Source: Strigamia acuminata
Taxonomy: Eukaryota
DNA: 64,000 bases
Assembly: GCA_949358305.1 (NCBI GenBank)
Contig: OX442314.1
Coordinates: 744,001 to 808,000, forward strand
Direction of reading: 5' to 3'
Positions 35,036-48,100 of the stretch are shown here, one piece after another; positions within the stretch are counted from its first letter, which is position 1; the number at the start of each line of letters is the position of its first letter. The notes below the pieces were generated by a model that saw only the letters and a list, made by a program, of their open reading frames with translations, was not told where the DNA came from and did not search any database. Both the position numbers and the translations under genes were made by a program.

Positions 35036-35927
35036 TAAAATGTAATTACACGTCAGAATTTTTGTTTAATTCTGTCTGGATGGAGTGCAAGTTCTATTTG
35101 CTTTTCCGCATTAATTTGGTGTACACGACTGTACAAATATTTATTTGTTTTCATATGTTGTTGTAAAAGTAAAATTTCTCGAATTAAAATGATGGTCGAG
35201 TCAGTTTTATTAAATTTTATATTCTATTGCCGTGAAGATTTCATATTATTTATATTTAACATTTTATTTTAATGATGATCGATTAGTTTGGATCGAGCGT
35301 TGTACAAATTGACTAGAACACTCAATTTCATCAAACAGAGATGCGAGTAATCCGCCATCTTTAATAACAACTTCCAAAACCTCAAAACAAAACGGCTACA
35401 GCTTTCTTAAATCTTATAGTGAAGACATAAATTAAAATAAAAAAATAATTCATGAAATTTCCATTGTTTATCCACTAATTTCACATTCAATCTCAATTAA
35501 TTTTGTCACGGATCTTTTGCAAACAACAAATTGGTTAAATTTCAACATAAAAATGAAATTGTAAAGTGTCCAAACCTCGGGCTCTCGATCTCCGTCTAGC
35601 GGTCCATCTGCCGACAAAATTCAACTCTGTATCAACAAACAAACACAAATCAAACACAACGGCGCGAGTTCAGCGCGCGCAATTTCAAATTCATTTCACG
35701 AGCCATGCAAGTTTCGGCTTTTGTCGAATCTCGGCCGAAAAGGCCTAAAAGAGGAAATTGATTCCGGTATTTCTGAGTAATTTATTAAACTTCGCATAAA
35801 TTTCCCGTTTCTTTTCACAGAGTTGAGCCGTTATAAGTATCAATAAATAACCGGCACGATTTCTTAATTTAATCATGAAAATCGCTGAAAAAAGTTGAAT
35901 TTTTAAAATCCCGTCACAGCAACGACG

Positions 35928-38649
35928 ATGAACAACGACGGCGACGACAATGCGGATCGTCCGAACACTGCCGGCACGATCGCCGCTGCGCCCGCGCCAG
36001 AAGCTGAAAACGACATCACAGAAGTATTTCATCGTAAATTAATCCAAACTATCAAATAAAATAATTAAAAGTGATTTAATTTCTATATAGGAAGTAGCTT
36101 TGATCGTTAACAAGCTTCGCGAACTGTATTCGGATTTCGTAGTAGATCCGAACGAGGTTTACGCGTTGCTTGAACCAGTGAGCGCGAATGCCAACAGGAC
36201 GTACATCGTGATCAATCGTATGATCGCCAAATGGCAAAAGGAACCCGAAGAAATGCCATTTAACATCCCGGGGGAACAAAAAGCGGACAAATACGACGAA
36301 CTGCTCAATGACGTGGAGGTGGTTAGCAAAGTCGTTCGGAACAAAAGCAGGGAGGAGATCCTCGCGTATTTGGAGGCGTTCCACGCGAATCCGGACCGAG
36401 TACGCATCGTGATCGGCGAATTGCTCGGAATGAACGGGCCGGCGCCGTTTCCTGCGGCGAATGACGGTCGGAGCGCCGGGAATGATGGGGCGTCGACGTC
36501 GGCCGAATCGATGGCGATGGAGAAAGTGAGATCGATTTTAGAGCTTTTCCCGGACGCGGATCCCGAATATCTGCGGAATTTCGTCGAGAAATGGGCGGAC
36601 AACGTGAATCACATCAACGCGACGGTCTACGGGTGGATGGACAATCGGAATTACCCGAGGTTGGCGGAAGTTCGACGAGCGGCGACAAAACGGAAAATTT
36701 TGGAAAGGTTTTCTCGTTGTTTTATGCATTCTGATATTTTTATGATACGAGAAAAGGTTTTTATTACTTTTTTTCGTTTTGCAGCGATCTCAGCGTCGAG
36801 GAGTTCTTGGAGATGTTCCCGGACCCGGATAACTATTTCAACAACAAAAACAGACCCACAAGTGTATCGTACAGACACCACGTCGATCGCTACCTCCAAA
36901 ACCGGTTTAAATACGCGTTCCACGCCGATTTGTTGAAAGTGATGCACAAACACAAGTTCCACCTCACGCCGGTCGTGAAGGAGTTGAATGCCATTTGGAA
37001 CGTCTCCCCAACAGACGGTGAATTAATTAATCAATTTAATAAATTAATCAATAAGTAATAAACTTAAATGCAGAACCGCTAGCCAAGAAGACGAAAAAGA
37101 CCGTGAGGACAAAGAAGTTTCCGACTCAACACGTACCCATGCCGAATACGATCGACGAACTCTTCTACAAAGAGAAGTTGTTCATCCAAATGGAAGACAA
37201 AATCAAACGTAATTTACAATCATAAATCATGTAATCGTGTAATTATAATAATTCCGTTTCTAGGACACAAAAAAGAGAAGGAATTGCAGCGTCTGACTAA
37301 AATCGAAGTGGCGAAGGCAAACGACGAACTGATGGAGTGCAGTTTGTGCTTCGACGACGAAGTTCTCTTGAAGGACATGCTGCAGTGCACGGACGGACAC
37401 CTCTTCTGCAGGACGTGCGTACGGCGTCAGGCAGAGATGCACATCGGCCTGGGCAAGTACGAGATCCCGTGCCTCGACCCGTACTGCGAGAGCGCCTTCC
37501 CGCCCGTCGTGCTGCAGGACGTTTTGCCGCCCAACGTTTTCTCTAACGTCGTCCGCAAGTTGCAGGAGGAGGAGATTCGGCGCGCAGACATCCCGGATCT
37601 CGAGTCGTGTCCCCACTGCTCGTTCTCCGCCATCATTTCGGACGCGAATCTCAAGATCTTTCGCTGCCTGAACCCCGACTGTCTCAAAGTGACGTGCAGG
37701 TAATGTAAAAAGAAACAAAAGAAAAGAAAATGCTAATTTCTAATTGTTCATTTTGTAAATGAAGATCGTGCAAGCAGCCGAACCACCTCCCGCTGGGCTG
37801 CGACGAGCAGAAATCCGAAGTGCAGTTCCGCACGTACGTCGAGGACCACATGACCGAAGCGTTGGTGCGCACGTGTCCGAAGTGCAAGCGGCGCATCATC
37901 AAAGAGTACGGCTGCAACTTGATGACGTGCACGTGCGGCCAACAGTTCTGCTACGTGTGTCGCAAGACCATCTGGGGCTCCATTCATTTCGGGAACGGAA
38001 GGTGAGTTAATGAGTGACAAAAGTTAATCAATTTCATTTAAACTCACTCGTCAGGTGTCCTCAATTCTCCAACGACGATGAACTGCATCGGCTTGAGGTG
38101 CAGGAGGGCGCCAAGAAGGCGAAGCGAGACTACCTAGAGACGCACCCGGAAGCGCGGGCGTCGGAGTTAAGGCTCGACCCGGCCCAAACGCCGTTCGCAG
38201 CCGTGCAGAGGCAGCAGCAGCTGTACGCGTTTGGCGCCATGCCCAGGCTCAACGAGCAAGGACAGATCGTCTTCCCCAACCAACAGCAGCGTGCGCAGGG
38301 TGCCCTGCCATTCAACTTGCCTTGGCCCTTTAATTTTTGGCGACCTGCGCCGAGGCCCCCGCCGGTGGTACCTGCACCGAGGCCCCCGCCGGTGGTACCT
38401 GCACCGAGGCCCCCGCCGGTGGCACCTGCGCCGAGGCCCCCGCCGGTGGTACCTGCGCCGAGGCCCCCGCCGGTGGCACCTGCGCCGAGGCCCCCGCCGG
38501 TAGAACCTGCGCCAGACCCGTTTCTTTTTGGACAACCTGCGCCAAACCCCGATCCTCTTGTACAACCTGCGCCGAGGCCACGTCGTCGTCGTGCTCGTCG
38601 TTATCAATTTTCCTCTTTGCCATCAAAGGACGTCGCGGAGGGAAATTGA
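35928..38649 (+). CDS. RNF216: RNF216/TRIAD3-like RBR E3 ubiquitin ligase, copy A (intact, seven exons)
   Basis: Exons 35928-36023, 36091-36707, 36785-37017, 37074-37208, 37264-37699, 37765-38001, 38055-38649 splice in frame. CUE-like LELFPDADPEYL; RING1 CSLCFD...CTDGHLFCRTC; IBR CPHC...CLNPDC...CRSC...H; RING2 CPKC...EYGCNLMTCTCGQQFCYVC; Pro-rich tail. Confidence 0.88.
38343..38515 (+). repeat. Coding 27-bp tandem repeat (PAPRPPPVx), six copies
   Basis: CCTGCGCCGAGGCCCCCGCCGGTGGTA units in the last exon of copy A. Confidence 0.95.
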
Positions 38650-39384
38650 ACAAAAAGCAATAATTAATTATTCTTCTTTGAAATTCATTGGTCTTCGTGT
38701 ATACTTATACAAGTATAGATATAAAGAAAATCATTTTCTTATTACGTTTTTATTTGTTTTTCTAGCTTTATAAAATTTACAAACAAACTTGCAATACAAA
38801 TACAAATACAAATACTAAATACCTCTTGCCCCTGACAACAGCGCTCTTGTGCTCTACCTTTAAACGTTAGGTTAAGGGCACGTTAGGTTAAGGGCACATT
38901 GTTAAACAACTAGAAAACATCAAATATAAATAAAATTCGACTGACAAAAAAATGAAGAATTGACAAATCCAATCACCAATTCAATCGGCTCGCAAATTCA
39001 AAACAATGACCCGCATGAGGAAATAACAATATACGGTAACTAACACTCGCATCCCCCATCTGGTGTCAAAATACACCAAATGGTGTCAAAATGGGGCTAC
39101 AGACTGTTCTAGGCCATGACGTTTCAAAAATTTAGAAATTTTGAAATTTTTGAAATTTTTGAAATTTTTAAATTTTGAAATTTTGAAATTTTTAAAATGA
39201 TGATAATAATAATAATAATAATGATGAAAATCATAACAATAATTTTGCAACGAAAATAATAACAAAGGATGAGAACGATATTTTGTTTTGTTTAAAACAA
39301 AACACAACAACAACGATCATCTCAAAACTTTTGGCTTACATTCCAAAATCTAGGCCTGAAAGCCTATTTCGTCTTCTTCTTGCA

Positions 39385-40530
39385 ACAAGAAGAAGACGAA
39401 GAAGAAGAAGACATTGCAACCACATTGCAACCACATTTCACAAGTATTTCGCCGTAAATTAGTCCCAACTATCAAACAAAATAATTAAAATGGATTTAAT
39501 TTGTATGTAGGAACTGACTAATATCTTTAACTTGCTTCGAGTGCTCCGAACGAAGTTTACAAGATGATTGGAACCGTGAGAGCGAATCCCAACCGAAGAA
39601 ACATCGTCATGGATCGTTTGATCGCAGAACGGCTAACTGAATCCGAAAAAGCGCCGTTGTCCACCCCGAAAGATAAGAAAACGCACCGAACAAGTTCAAC
39701 GAATTGATCAACGAATCGTTGATCAATTCGGTGGTGAGCAGATTCGTTCCGAGCGAGAGCCGGAAGAAAATCCTCGCGTATCTGGAAGCGTTTCACGAGA
39801 ATCCCAACCGAGTACGCATTGTGATCGGCGAGTTCCTCGGAATGAACGGAATGGCGCCTTTTCCCGTGACGAATAAAGCGACGAAAGCCGGGAATAATGG
39901 GCCGGAAACCATCGCTTAATTCCACTTCGACGGAAAAGAATAACAATGTTTCGGCGATAATGGAGATAGAAGGTCAACTCGATTTTGGAGCTCTTTCCGG
40001 ACGCTCATCCCGAATACCTGCGCACTTTTCTGGAGAGATGGAAGAACGATGTGAATTACATAAACGCGACGGTTAACGGGTGGTTGGAAAACCGTTCGTA
40101 TCCCAGGTTGGCCGAAGCTCAAAAAGCGACGGTCAAGCGGAAATTTGTCGAAAGGTTTTCTACTTATTTTGTCTATTCTGTTTCGTTTTTAAAGTGTTTC
40201 CACGAACAAACCGTTTTTAATGTTTTTATTTCATGATTTGTCGTTGTTTGTATTGATTTTTGTCATCATTTTGCACTGAATTTCTTTTGCAGCAAGTTCA
40301 GCGTTGAGGAATTCCTGGAGATGTTCCCAGACCCGGAGAACTTCTTCAAAAACAACGACCGAGTCGTGAGTGCATCGTACCGGTTGCAAGTTGAATGCTA
40401 CGTCAGTAACCAGTTCTGATACGCGTACAAAAACGATTTGACGCAAGTGATGGAGAAACACCGTTTCCACCTCACGCCCATCATGAGAGAGATGAATGCG
40501 CTCTGGAACGTTTCGCCCACTGACGGTGAA
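39385..40530 (+). pseudogene. RNF216-like copy B (exons 1-3 only)
   Basis: Homologous to copy D exons 2-3; deletions, frameshifts, TAA at 39917 and CGA>TGA at 40417. Confidence 0.85.
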
Positions 40531-40624
40531 TTGATCAGACGAAAGTAACAAATTGTGACTGTCTGAATACGCCTAATACTAAAAACCACATAAAATGAAT
40601 AAAATAAACCAAATAACGATAAAA

Positions 40625-41390
40625 CCTTTCTATGAATTTCTCTTTAGCTTTGGCCAACTTTGGATACGAGTTATTCTCCATCCATCCGTAAACCGTCGTG
40701 TTGATGTAATTTACATCGTCCGCTCATTTCTCGACGAAATTGCGCAGATATTCGGAATCCGCGTCTGGGAAAAGCTCTAAAATTGATCTGACTTTCTCTA
40801 TCGCCATTGATTCGGCCGAAGTCGACTTTGCCCCATCATTCCCGGCGCTCCGACCGTCATTCGCTGCAGGAAACCGCCGGCATTTCCGTTCATTCCGAGC
40901 AATTCGGCGACCACGATGCGTCCTGGGTCGGGATTCTCGTGTAATGCCTCCAGATACGCGAGAATCTCCTCCCGGCTTTTGTTTGGAACGAAATTGCTGA
41001 CCACCTCCACATCGCTGACCAATTCGTCGAACTTGTTCATTTTCCTCCGGCATGTTCATCGGCGCTGGTTCGGGTTTATTTAGCCGTTCGGCGATCAAAC
41101 GATGGATGTTGCCATTTTTACGATTCAAGCAACTCGCAAATTTGATCGGATCCACTACGAAATCCGGATGCAGTTCTCGAAGCGTGTTTACGATAAAAGT
41201 TACTCTCTAGATGCAAATTAAATAATTTTAATTTGCTTTGATACTTGTGAAGTGTGGCAATAAATAATTTACGATCAAATGTCTCTAAAATGTCATTTTC
41301 TTCGCCTGCGCGCAGTCGCGCGGGGTCAACGCCAATTTTGCCGGAATGTCCGGACGATGCGTATTGTGACGTCGTCGTCGTCGCTGCTCT
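40625..41390 (-). pseudogene. RNF216-like copy C (exons 1-2 only)
   Basis: Frameshifted NKSREEILAYLEALHENPD...LELFPDADSEYL; abuts copy B tail-to-tail near 40565. Confidence 0.85.
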
Positions 41391-42107
41391 TACATGCACT
41401 TACACGCAAGTGAGCAAGTTCGTTCAGAACAAGAGCCGGGAGGAGATGGCAAGACACATCGGAAAGATCTTGCGCAGCATCCCGCATTTTAATATTCCTT
41501 GTGCGCTGCAGAGAAGTTTCAAGGGGACGTTTTCAATTTTTAGTTTCGCCTGATGAAAATAAGCAGAAGAATGAATTCAACTGCAATCAGCAGATTGTTT
41601 TCCGAATTAATAGAAAAGAAAATGTTGAATTTCAGGCACCTCAAAAATGAAGAAATTCTCGGCAATTCTTAAAACAATTTTGTAAATTTTATAGAGAGAG
41701 AAAAACAAATAAAACATGATAAGAAAATGATTTTCTTTTTTTTATATCTATACAAGTATACACAAAGACCAATCAATTTCAGACGTTACGGGTGGACGTT
41801 CAGACGTTACGGGTGCAGCTGGTGAAGGGAATCGCGGATGGGGTTCAGAACGATCTCGGTGACTGGTGTAGCGGTGGCCGCTTCAATGGCAGCAGCTGCG
41901 GCAGCATCACGTGGTCGGCGACGGGAATCGCGTTATTCGGAATAGAATAAATTTTTTTGGCATTTGAGTCAAATTTATTGACTGATGCCTTGCTTGGTGG
42001 TTTATTGGCAAAAGTAGCGCCGAAAATCTTAATCATGGAGTCAATATTTACGAAAATATCCTCCTCGTCGCGACGGCCATCTTGGACATCTTGTTCGGAA
42101 ATCATAA

Positions 42108-45100
42108 TCAAGGTGATTTTGATTTTGCGTTGTCCGCCAGTTGTGTCACTTGCACAACCGGCCTGGGCGGTAGCCTGGGCGGAGACCTGGGCGGAGACCT
42201 GGGCGGAGACCTGGGCGGAGACCTGGGCGGAGACATGGGCGGATTCCTCGGCGCAAGTTGTAGTTGTCGGATGATGGCGTTGGCATAGCCGTTGGCGGCG
42301 ACCACCAGTCGGACTTTGGCTTGCATCTGTTGCTCCGTCAGTGGGAATTGGAGTTGGTTGAAATGCTCCAGCAGTTGGAGTGGGATTTCGTTGAGCTGCT
42401 GCAGCAGTTGGAGTTGGTCTTCATTGAGCTGCGGCAGCAGTTGGAGTTGGGCTTGCTGCAGCTGCATGCGTAGCTGGAAGAGGATTTGGCCACGCTCGTT
42501 GACCATGGGCATGCAGCCCTGCGCGTCCTGCTGCTGGGACTGCACGGCCGCGAATGGCGATTTGGTCGGGTCGTGGCGCAGCTCGACCGCCTTGGCTTCC
42601 GGGTGCGTCTCTAGATAGTCTTGCTTCGCCTTCTTGGCGCCCTGCTCCACCTCCAGCCGGTGCATTTCGGCGTCGTTCGATAATTGAGGACACCTGAAGT
42701 TGATTAATTCATCAATTTGCATTCCATTTCATCATTAACTCACCTTCCGTTGTCGAAATGCGTGTAGTCCTTGATAGCCTCGCGACACACGTAGCAGAAG
42801 ATCTGGCCGCACGGGCACGTCATCTTGTTGCAGCCATATTCTTTGATGATGCGCCGCTTGCACTTCGGACACGTGCGCACCAACGCATCCGTCATCTGGT
42901 CCTCGACGTACGTGCGGAACTGCACTTCCGGTTTCTGCTCGATCTCGTCGCAGCGCAGCGGGAGGTGGTTCGGTTCTTTGCACAACCTTCATTCATAAAC
43001 TAAATTAGCATTTCATTTATTCTTTTTTTCTTCTTTCGTCACCTGCACGTCACTTTAAGACATTCCGGGTTGAGGCAGCGAAAGATCTTGAGATTCGCAT
43101 CCGAAATGATGGCGCTGAAGGAGCAGTGAGGACACGACTCGAGGTCCGGGATGTCGGCGCGCCGGATCTCCTCCTCCTGCATATTGCGCACGACGTTGGA
43201 GAACACGTTGGGCGCTAAAACCTTCTGCAGCACGATGGGCGGGAAGTGGCTCTCGCAGTACGGGTCAAGGCACGGGAAGTGGTAATTTCCCTGGCCGATC
43301 TGCACCTCGGCGTGACGCCGTACGCACGTCCTGCAGAACAAGTGCCCGTCCGTGCACTGCAGCATGTCCTTGATGAGCACTTCGTCCTCGAAGCAGCAAC
43401 TGCACTCCATCAGTTCGCTGTTTGCCTTCGCCACTTCGATTTTACTCAGACGTTCCGCTTCCTTGTCCATCTTGTATTCTAGAAAAGGAATAACATGCAA
43501 TTCCACTACACGGTTTTTGCTTTTTAAACTATACGGATGATTCTATCCTCCATCTCGATGAACAACTTCTCTTTGTAGAAGAGTTTGTCGATTTGTTGCG
43601 GCATCACTTTAAGCGGGCTCATCACCCTCTTTTTCCTCACGTTCTCCCTCTTTTTCTTGATTAACGGTTCTGTAATTAATCGAATTAATCAAGTTGATTA
43701 GTTTGTGATCCTTTGGCCACCCAAGAGTACCCAGTATCAATGGTCCCGAGGTCAGCCCTACCCTTGTAGAGTGTGGACCAGGGCTGGACTGGGAACAAAT
43801 TTATTGCTGGGAAATCTGGGTGTCCGGGCCACAATTAATGAAGTCGGAACAGGCCACAGCGGGCCGCGACTGGGCTGCGACAGGCCACAGCGACCGGGAA
43901 ACTCCCGGTAGCCCGCCGAGCCAGTCCAGCACTAGTGTGGACTGATCTACTGTACTGTTCACGCCGGTATCTTGATGTTAAATCGTACTGCGCATCCCAT
44001 TCTGCGCAGGCGATTTTCTAATTCCAGTTGTTATTTAGCAGTATTAAGCCTAATATTAGTCCTAATAATGCTAAAATATAATAAATAAATAACAATAAAC
44101 TCATCGTTGTTGTATATCCTTTGATATAACCTCATAAATGATTACTACAGCATTAAATGTGTCCATTAACTGCTATCATTTATTCACCGGGTCGCCATTA
44201 TTATAACTCTCGGTTTCTCACCACCAATCACAATACAACAAACACTAGCACCAACTGGTGACAATAATATAACTAACCATTATTAGGCAAACACTACATC
44301 TGTCTTTTTTTTTTTTTAAATCAAAACTACAAGCACAATAAACTGAGAAACATAAAATCACTAATGACAGAATACACTGATTAAAGCAACAAATTCAAAA
44401 CACAAGCAAAGCAAAATGCACTAAATAAAATGAACGCTAATCACAATCATAGTCCTCTAAATATGCAGGTCGTCGTCTCTCTCTCCTCGGCCTCTGATTT
44501 TCATTTGGCATCTCTGCAACTGCCTCATTCTCTGGATTGTCTCCTACCAAATTATCCGGTCCTCCATCATCACTGTAATCTTCAGATTCGACCTCCACAG
44601 AAATCTTCTTAACCTGAGCAACATTTCGTTTCACTAAAACACCATCAGTGGTTTTCAACACCAACTGCCCATTGTTATTTTGCACTACCGTCAGCGGTTC
44701 TGGTCTAAACACCGTAGCTAATTTATTAGCCTTCTTGGTTGCTTTAACTAACACCTTCTCACCTACAGTGATATCTGTTACTTCTGCTCTCCTTTTACCA
44801 TCTGCATATTCCTTAGCTTTCTGCTGTTTCTCTCTTCTTTCTTGAGAAAGTTCACCACCCTTGCTTTCTGACCACTCTGGAAGCTTCGTACGCAACTGCC
44901 TTGACATCAACAATTCTGCCGGTGATTTTCCCGTCATTCTGTGTGGCGTAACACGGTACATTTTCAGGAAACTTCTCAACGCTCCTCTTAAGCCTTGCTG
45001 CTCCAAATTGGCTGCTCGAACTGCCTTCAAAAATGATCGGTTCAGGCGTTCTACCTGTCCATTTGCCTGGGGCCAGTAAGGTGTTACGTGTCTCAATTTT

Positions 45101-48100
45101 ATCCCGCAGTCTTTCGCGTATTGTTTGTACTCTTCCGAAATAAACTGTGGTCCATTGTCGCTGGTGATGGATTCTGGGTATCCATGCGCCGCAAACACAT
45201 CTTCAAACCAATCAACAATTTTACTTGCCGTAGTAGATGTCATCACCTTTGCTTCTGGCCATTTGGTGTAATAATCTACCAACACTACAACGCCGCTTCC
45301 ATCTGGAAATGGTCCACAAATATCTACTGCTAAGTGTGTCCATGGTTTCGTAGCCCAGTCCGTCATCCTCATTGGTTGAACACGTTCTGGTTGCGCTTGC
45401 GCTTGACATGGGATGCATGCTCGAATCATGTCCTCTACTTGTGTGTCCATACCTGGCCACCAAACCTTTCCTCTCAGCAATGCTTTGGTTCGCACTATTC
45501 CTTGATGACTTTCATGCACAATAGCCAAAATCTTCTTACGCAGTTCTAATGGGACCACGATACGGTTCTCTCGCAAAACCACACCACCAACGCTGGTCAG
45601 TTCCATTTTTATCTGCTTGAAATCTTTTTGCGCATTGTTCCAACTTCCAGATTGAATCGCTGTTATTACTTGTTGTAGCTCAGCATCATTTCCAGTTGCT
45701 TGGATAATTTCTTCAATCGTCACCGCTTTTGGAATTGCATGTCGCACCATAAAATTGACATAATGTTCCGTCAATTTCTCAATCGATCTTTCAGGTTTTC
45801 CTTCAGTCTTTAAAAGCCTAGACAGAGGATCCGCAATATTTGTCAGTCCGCTCTCATATTTAATGGCAAACTTATATTGTTGCAGTCGCAATAACCATCG
45901 CTCAATTCTCGCTGAAGCTCTTGAGGTTGCTGAATAAATGACTTCTAACGGTTTATGATCTGTAACCACCGTAAATTGTCTCCCAAACAAATACATGTGA
46001 AACTTCTCACAACCCCAAATAACTGCCAAAGCTTCCTTTTCTGTCTGTGAGTATCTTCTTTCCGTCTCACTCAACGCTTTGCTGGCAAACGCAATAATCG
46101 CAAGTCCTCCTTCCTTTTTTCGCTGCGTCAACACTGCTCCAAGGCCATTTGGTCCTGCATCCACGACTAGGAAGGTTTCCAAATCCTTCTTGAAATAATT
46201 CAGCATTGTCGCCTCAGCCACGGCCTGTTTAAGTCGCTGGAATGCTTCCTTTTGCTCTTGATCCCAATTCCAGACTGCATTTTTGCGTGTCAACCGTCTC
46301 ATCGGCTCAACCATGTTGGCTAAATGTGGCAAAAATTTTTCACACGCATTTGCCAAACTCAAAACTCCTCGCAATTCATGCACATCTTCCGGATCTCGCA
46401 ATTCTTTCATTTTTCGAATTTTCTCTTCACCTAATGCCACGCCTTTTGATGTGACCAAATAACCCAGAAATGCCAATTTTTCTAGTCCAAATTTACACTT
46501 CTTCCGGTTCAGTGTCAATCCATTTTCTTTCAATGTCGCTAACACTTTGTCCAAATTGTTGTGATGATCCATAACTGATGAACCCACTACCGTCACATTA
46601 TCGGCATAGTTCTTAACACCTTTGCAATTCCGCAAGACTCTCTGGATGATGGCTTGAAAAATTTCCGCCGATACGGAAATCCCGTAAATTAAACGCGTAA
46701 ATCTGTACGTGCCCGACTCCGTCGTAAATCCAGTCAAATTCCTGCTCTGTTCATCCAATTCGATTTGTTCGAAAGCTTCGTTAAAATCCAATTCTGAAGC
46801 CATTGCAAAGTCTGCCATCTCTTGAATCATGTCATCTATCAATGGAATTACACATTTTGGCTTCTTTATTACTTCGTTAAGCGCCATTGCCGCTAAACAC
46901 AGTCTTATTGAACCGTCTTTCTTTATAACCGGTCGCAACGGGTTCACCACCAGCTTCGGGTCCATTGGATTTGGTACCTCTTCTATTACTCCCAAAACAC
47001 GTAATCGTTCAATTTCCTGTTCAACTGGACCTCTCAAATGGTATGGCAATCTTCGCACATGCTGGGCAGGCACTTGCTTTCCTTCTATTACTTCAATAGA
47101 TGCTTGGTATCCTTTTAGTTTTCCCAAACCTTTGAAAACAGAATTATGCTTGCTCACAATGCAATCCAATTGATTGGAAACCATATTGACCATTTGTGGA
47201 AATATGACTGCTCCAATTTCCTCTGCTGTCTGGCTGCCTAGTAGACACGGATAGTCTTTATCGGTTATTACAAAAATAGTCTTTGTTTTTCGTTCTCCAA
47301 ATTTAATCGACACTTCACTCTGTCCAAGTAATGTCAATGGCCTATCTTGTCCATATGCAAACACTCTTGCCTTTGTCGGGTTTAATTGTTGTCCATTTTT
47401 CTTAATTTTATTCCAAAGTGTTGGAGATAAAATATTAACTGATGATCCAGTGTCAATAAATAACATGGCTTCTGTTCCATTCAAACACACTGACACCTCT
47501 CTTCGCTTTTTGTTATCATTACTCAGCGAAAATAACCATTCATCATCAGACTCCTCCTTTGCGGTGTGTGCCATAAAATTGGTTTCTTGCTTTTGTGGCT
47601 TTTTATCATGCCCACCTTCCTTGTTGTTGTTGTGAGTGCTGCCATCTATCTTTGATTTACAACACTTCGCATAATGTCCAATTTTTGCACATTTGTTGCA
47701 TTTTGCATTTTTAGCTACTCTGCAAAACTGTCCAGTATGTCCATTTCTACCACACCGTGTACACTGTCGCCCTGATTCCGCAGTGGCGCCCTCTTGTGGT
47801 CTCGAATCGAACTTATTTTTATTTTTGTCTTTCCATTTCTGCAGGTTCTTCTTCATAAAATGCACTTTTTCGGTGTTTTCGGGTTGACTTTCACTGTTCA
47901 TTGCACTGGCCTGTCGTTCTACAGCTTCAAGTGCTCGAGCTATTGTCAATAAACCATCCAATTTTAAATTTTCCTCACGCAAAAGTCGTTTTCTGAGCCG
48001 GTTTTCTGCACATTTTTCAATAAACTGGTCTCTGATGTGGTCATCTCCATCTGCGCCATATTCACAGTGTTTAATTAATGTCCTCAGTCGTGACACATAT

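Noticed and set aside
41845..42111. Separate 88-aa gene downstream of RNF216 copy D
   Set aside because: Non-ATG start overlapping the D stop, lies in the presumed 3'UTR, and has no recognisable motif.
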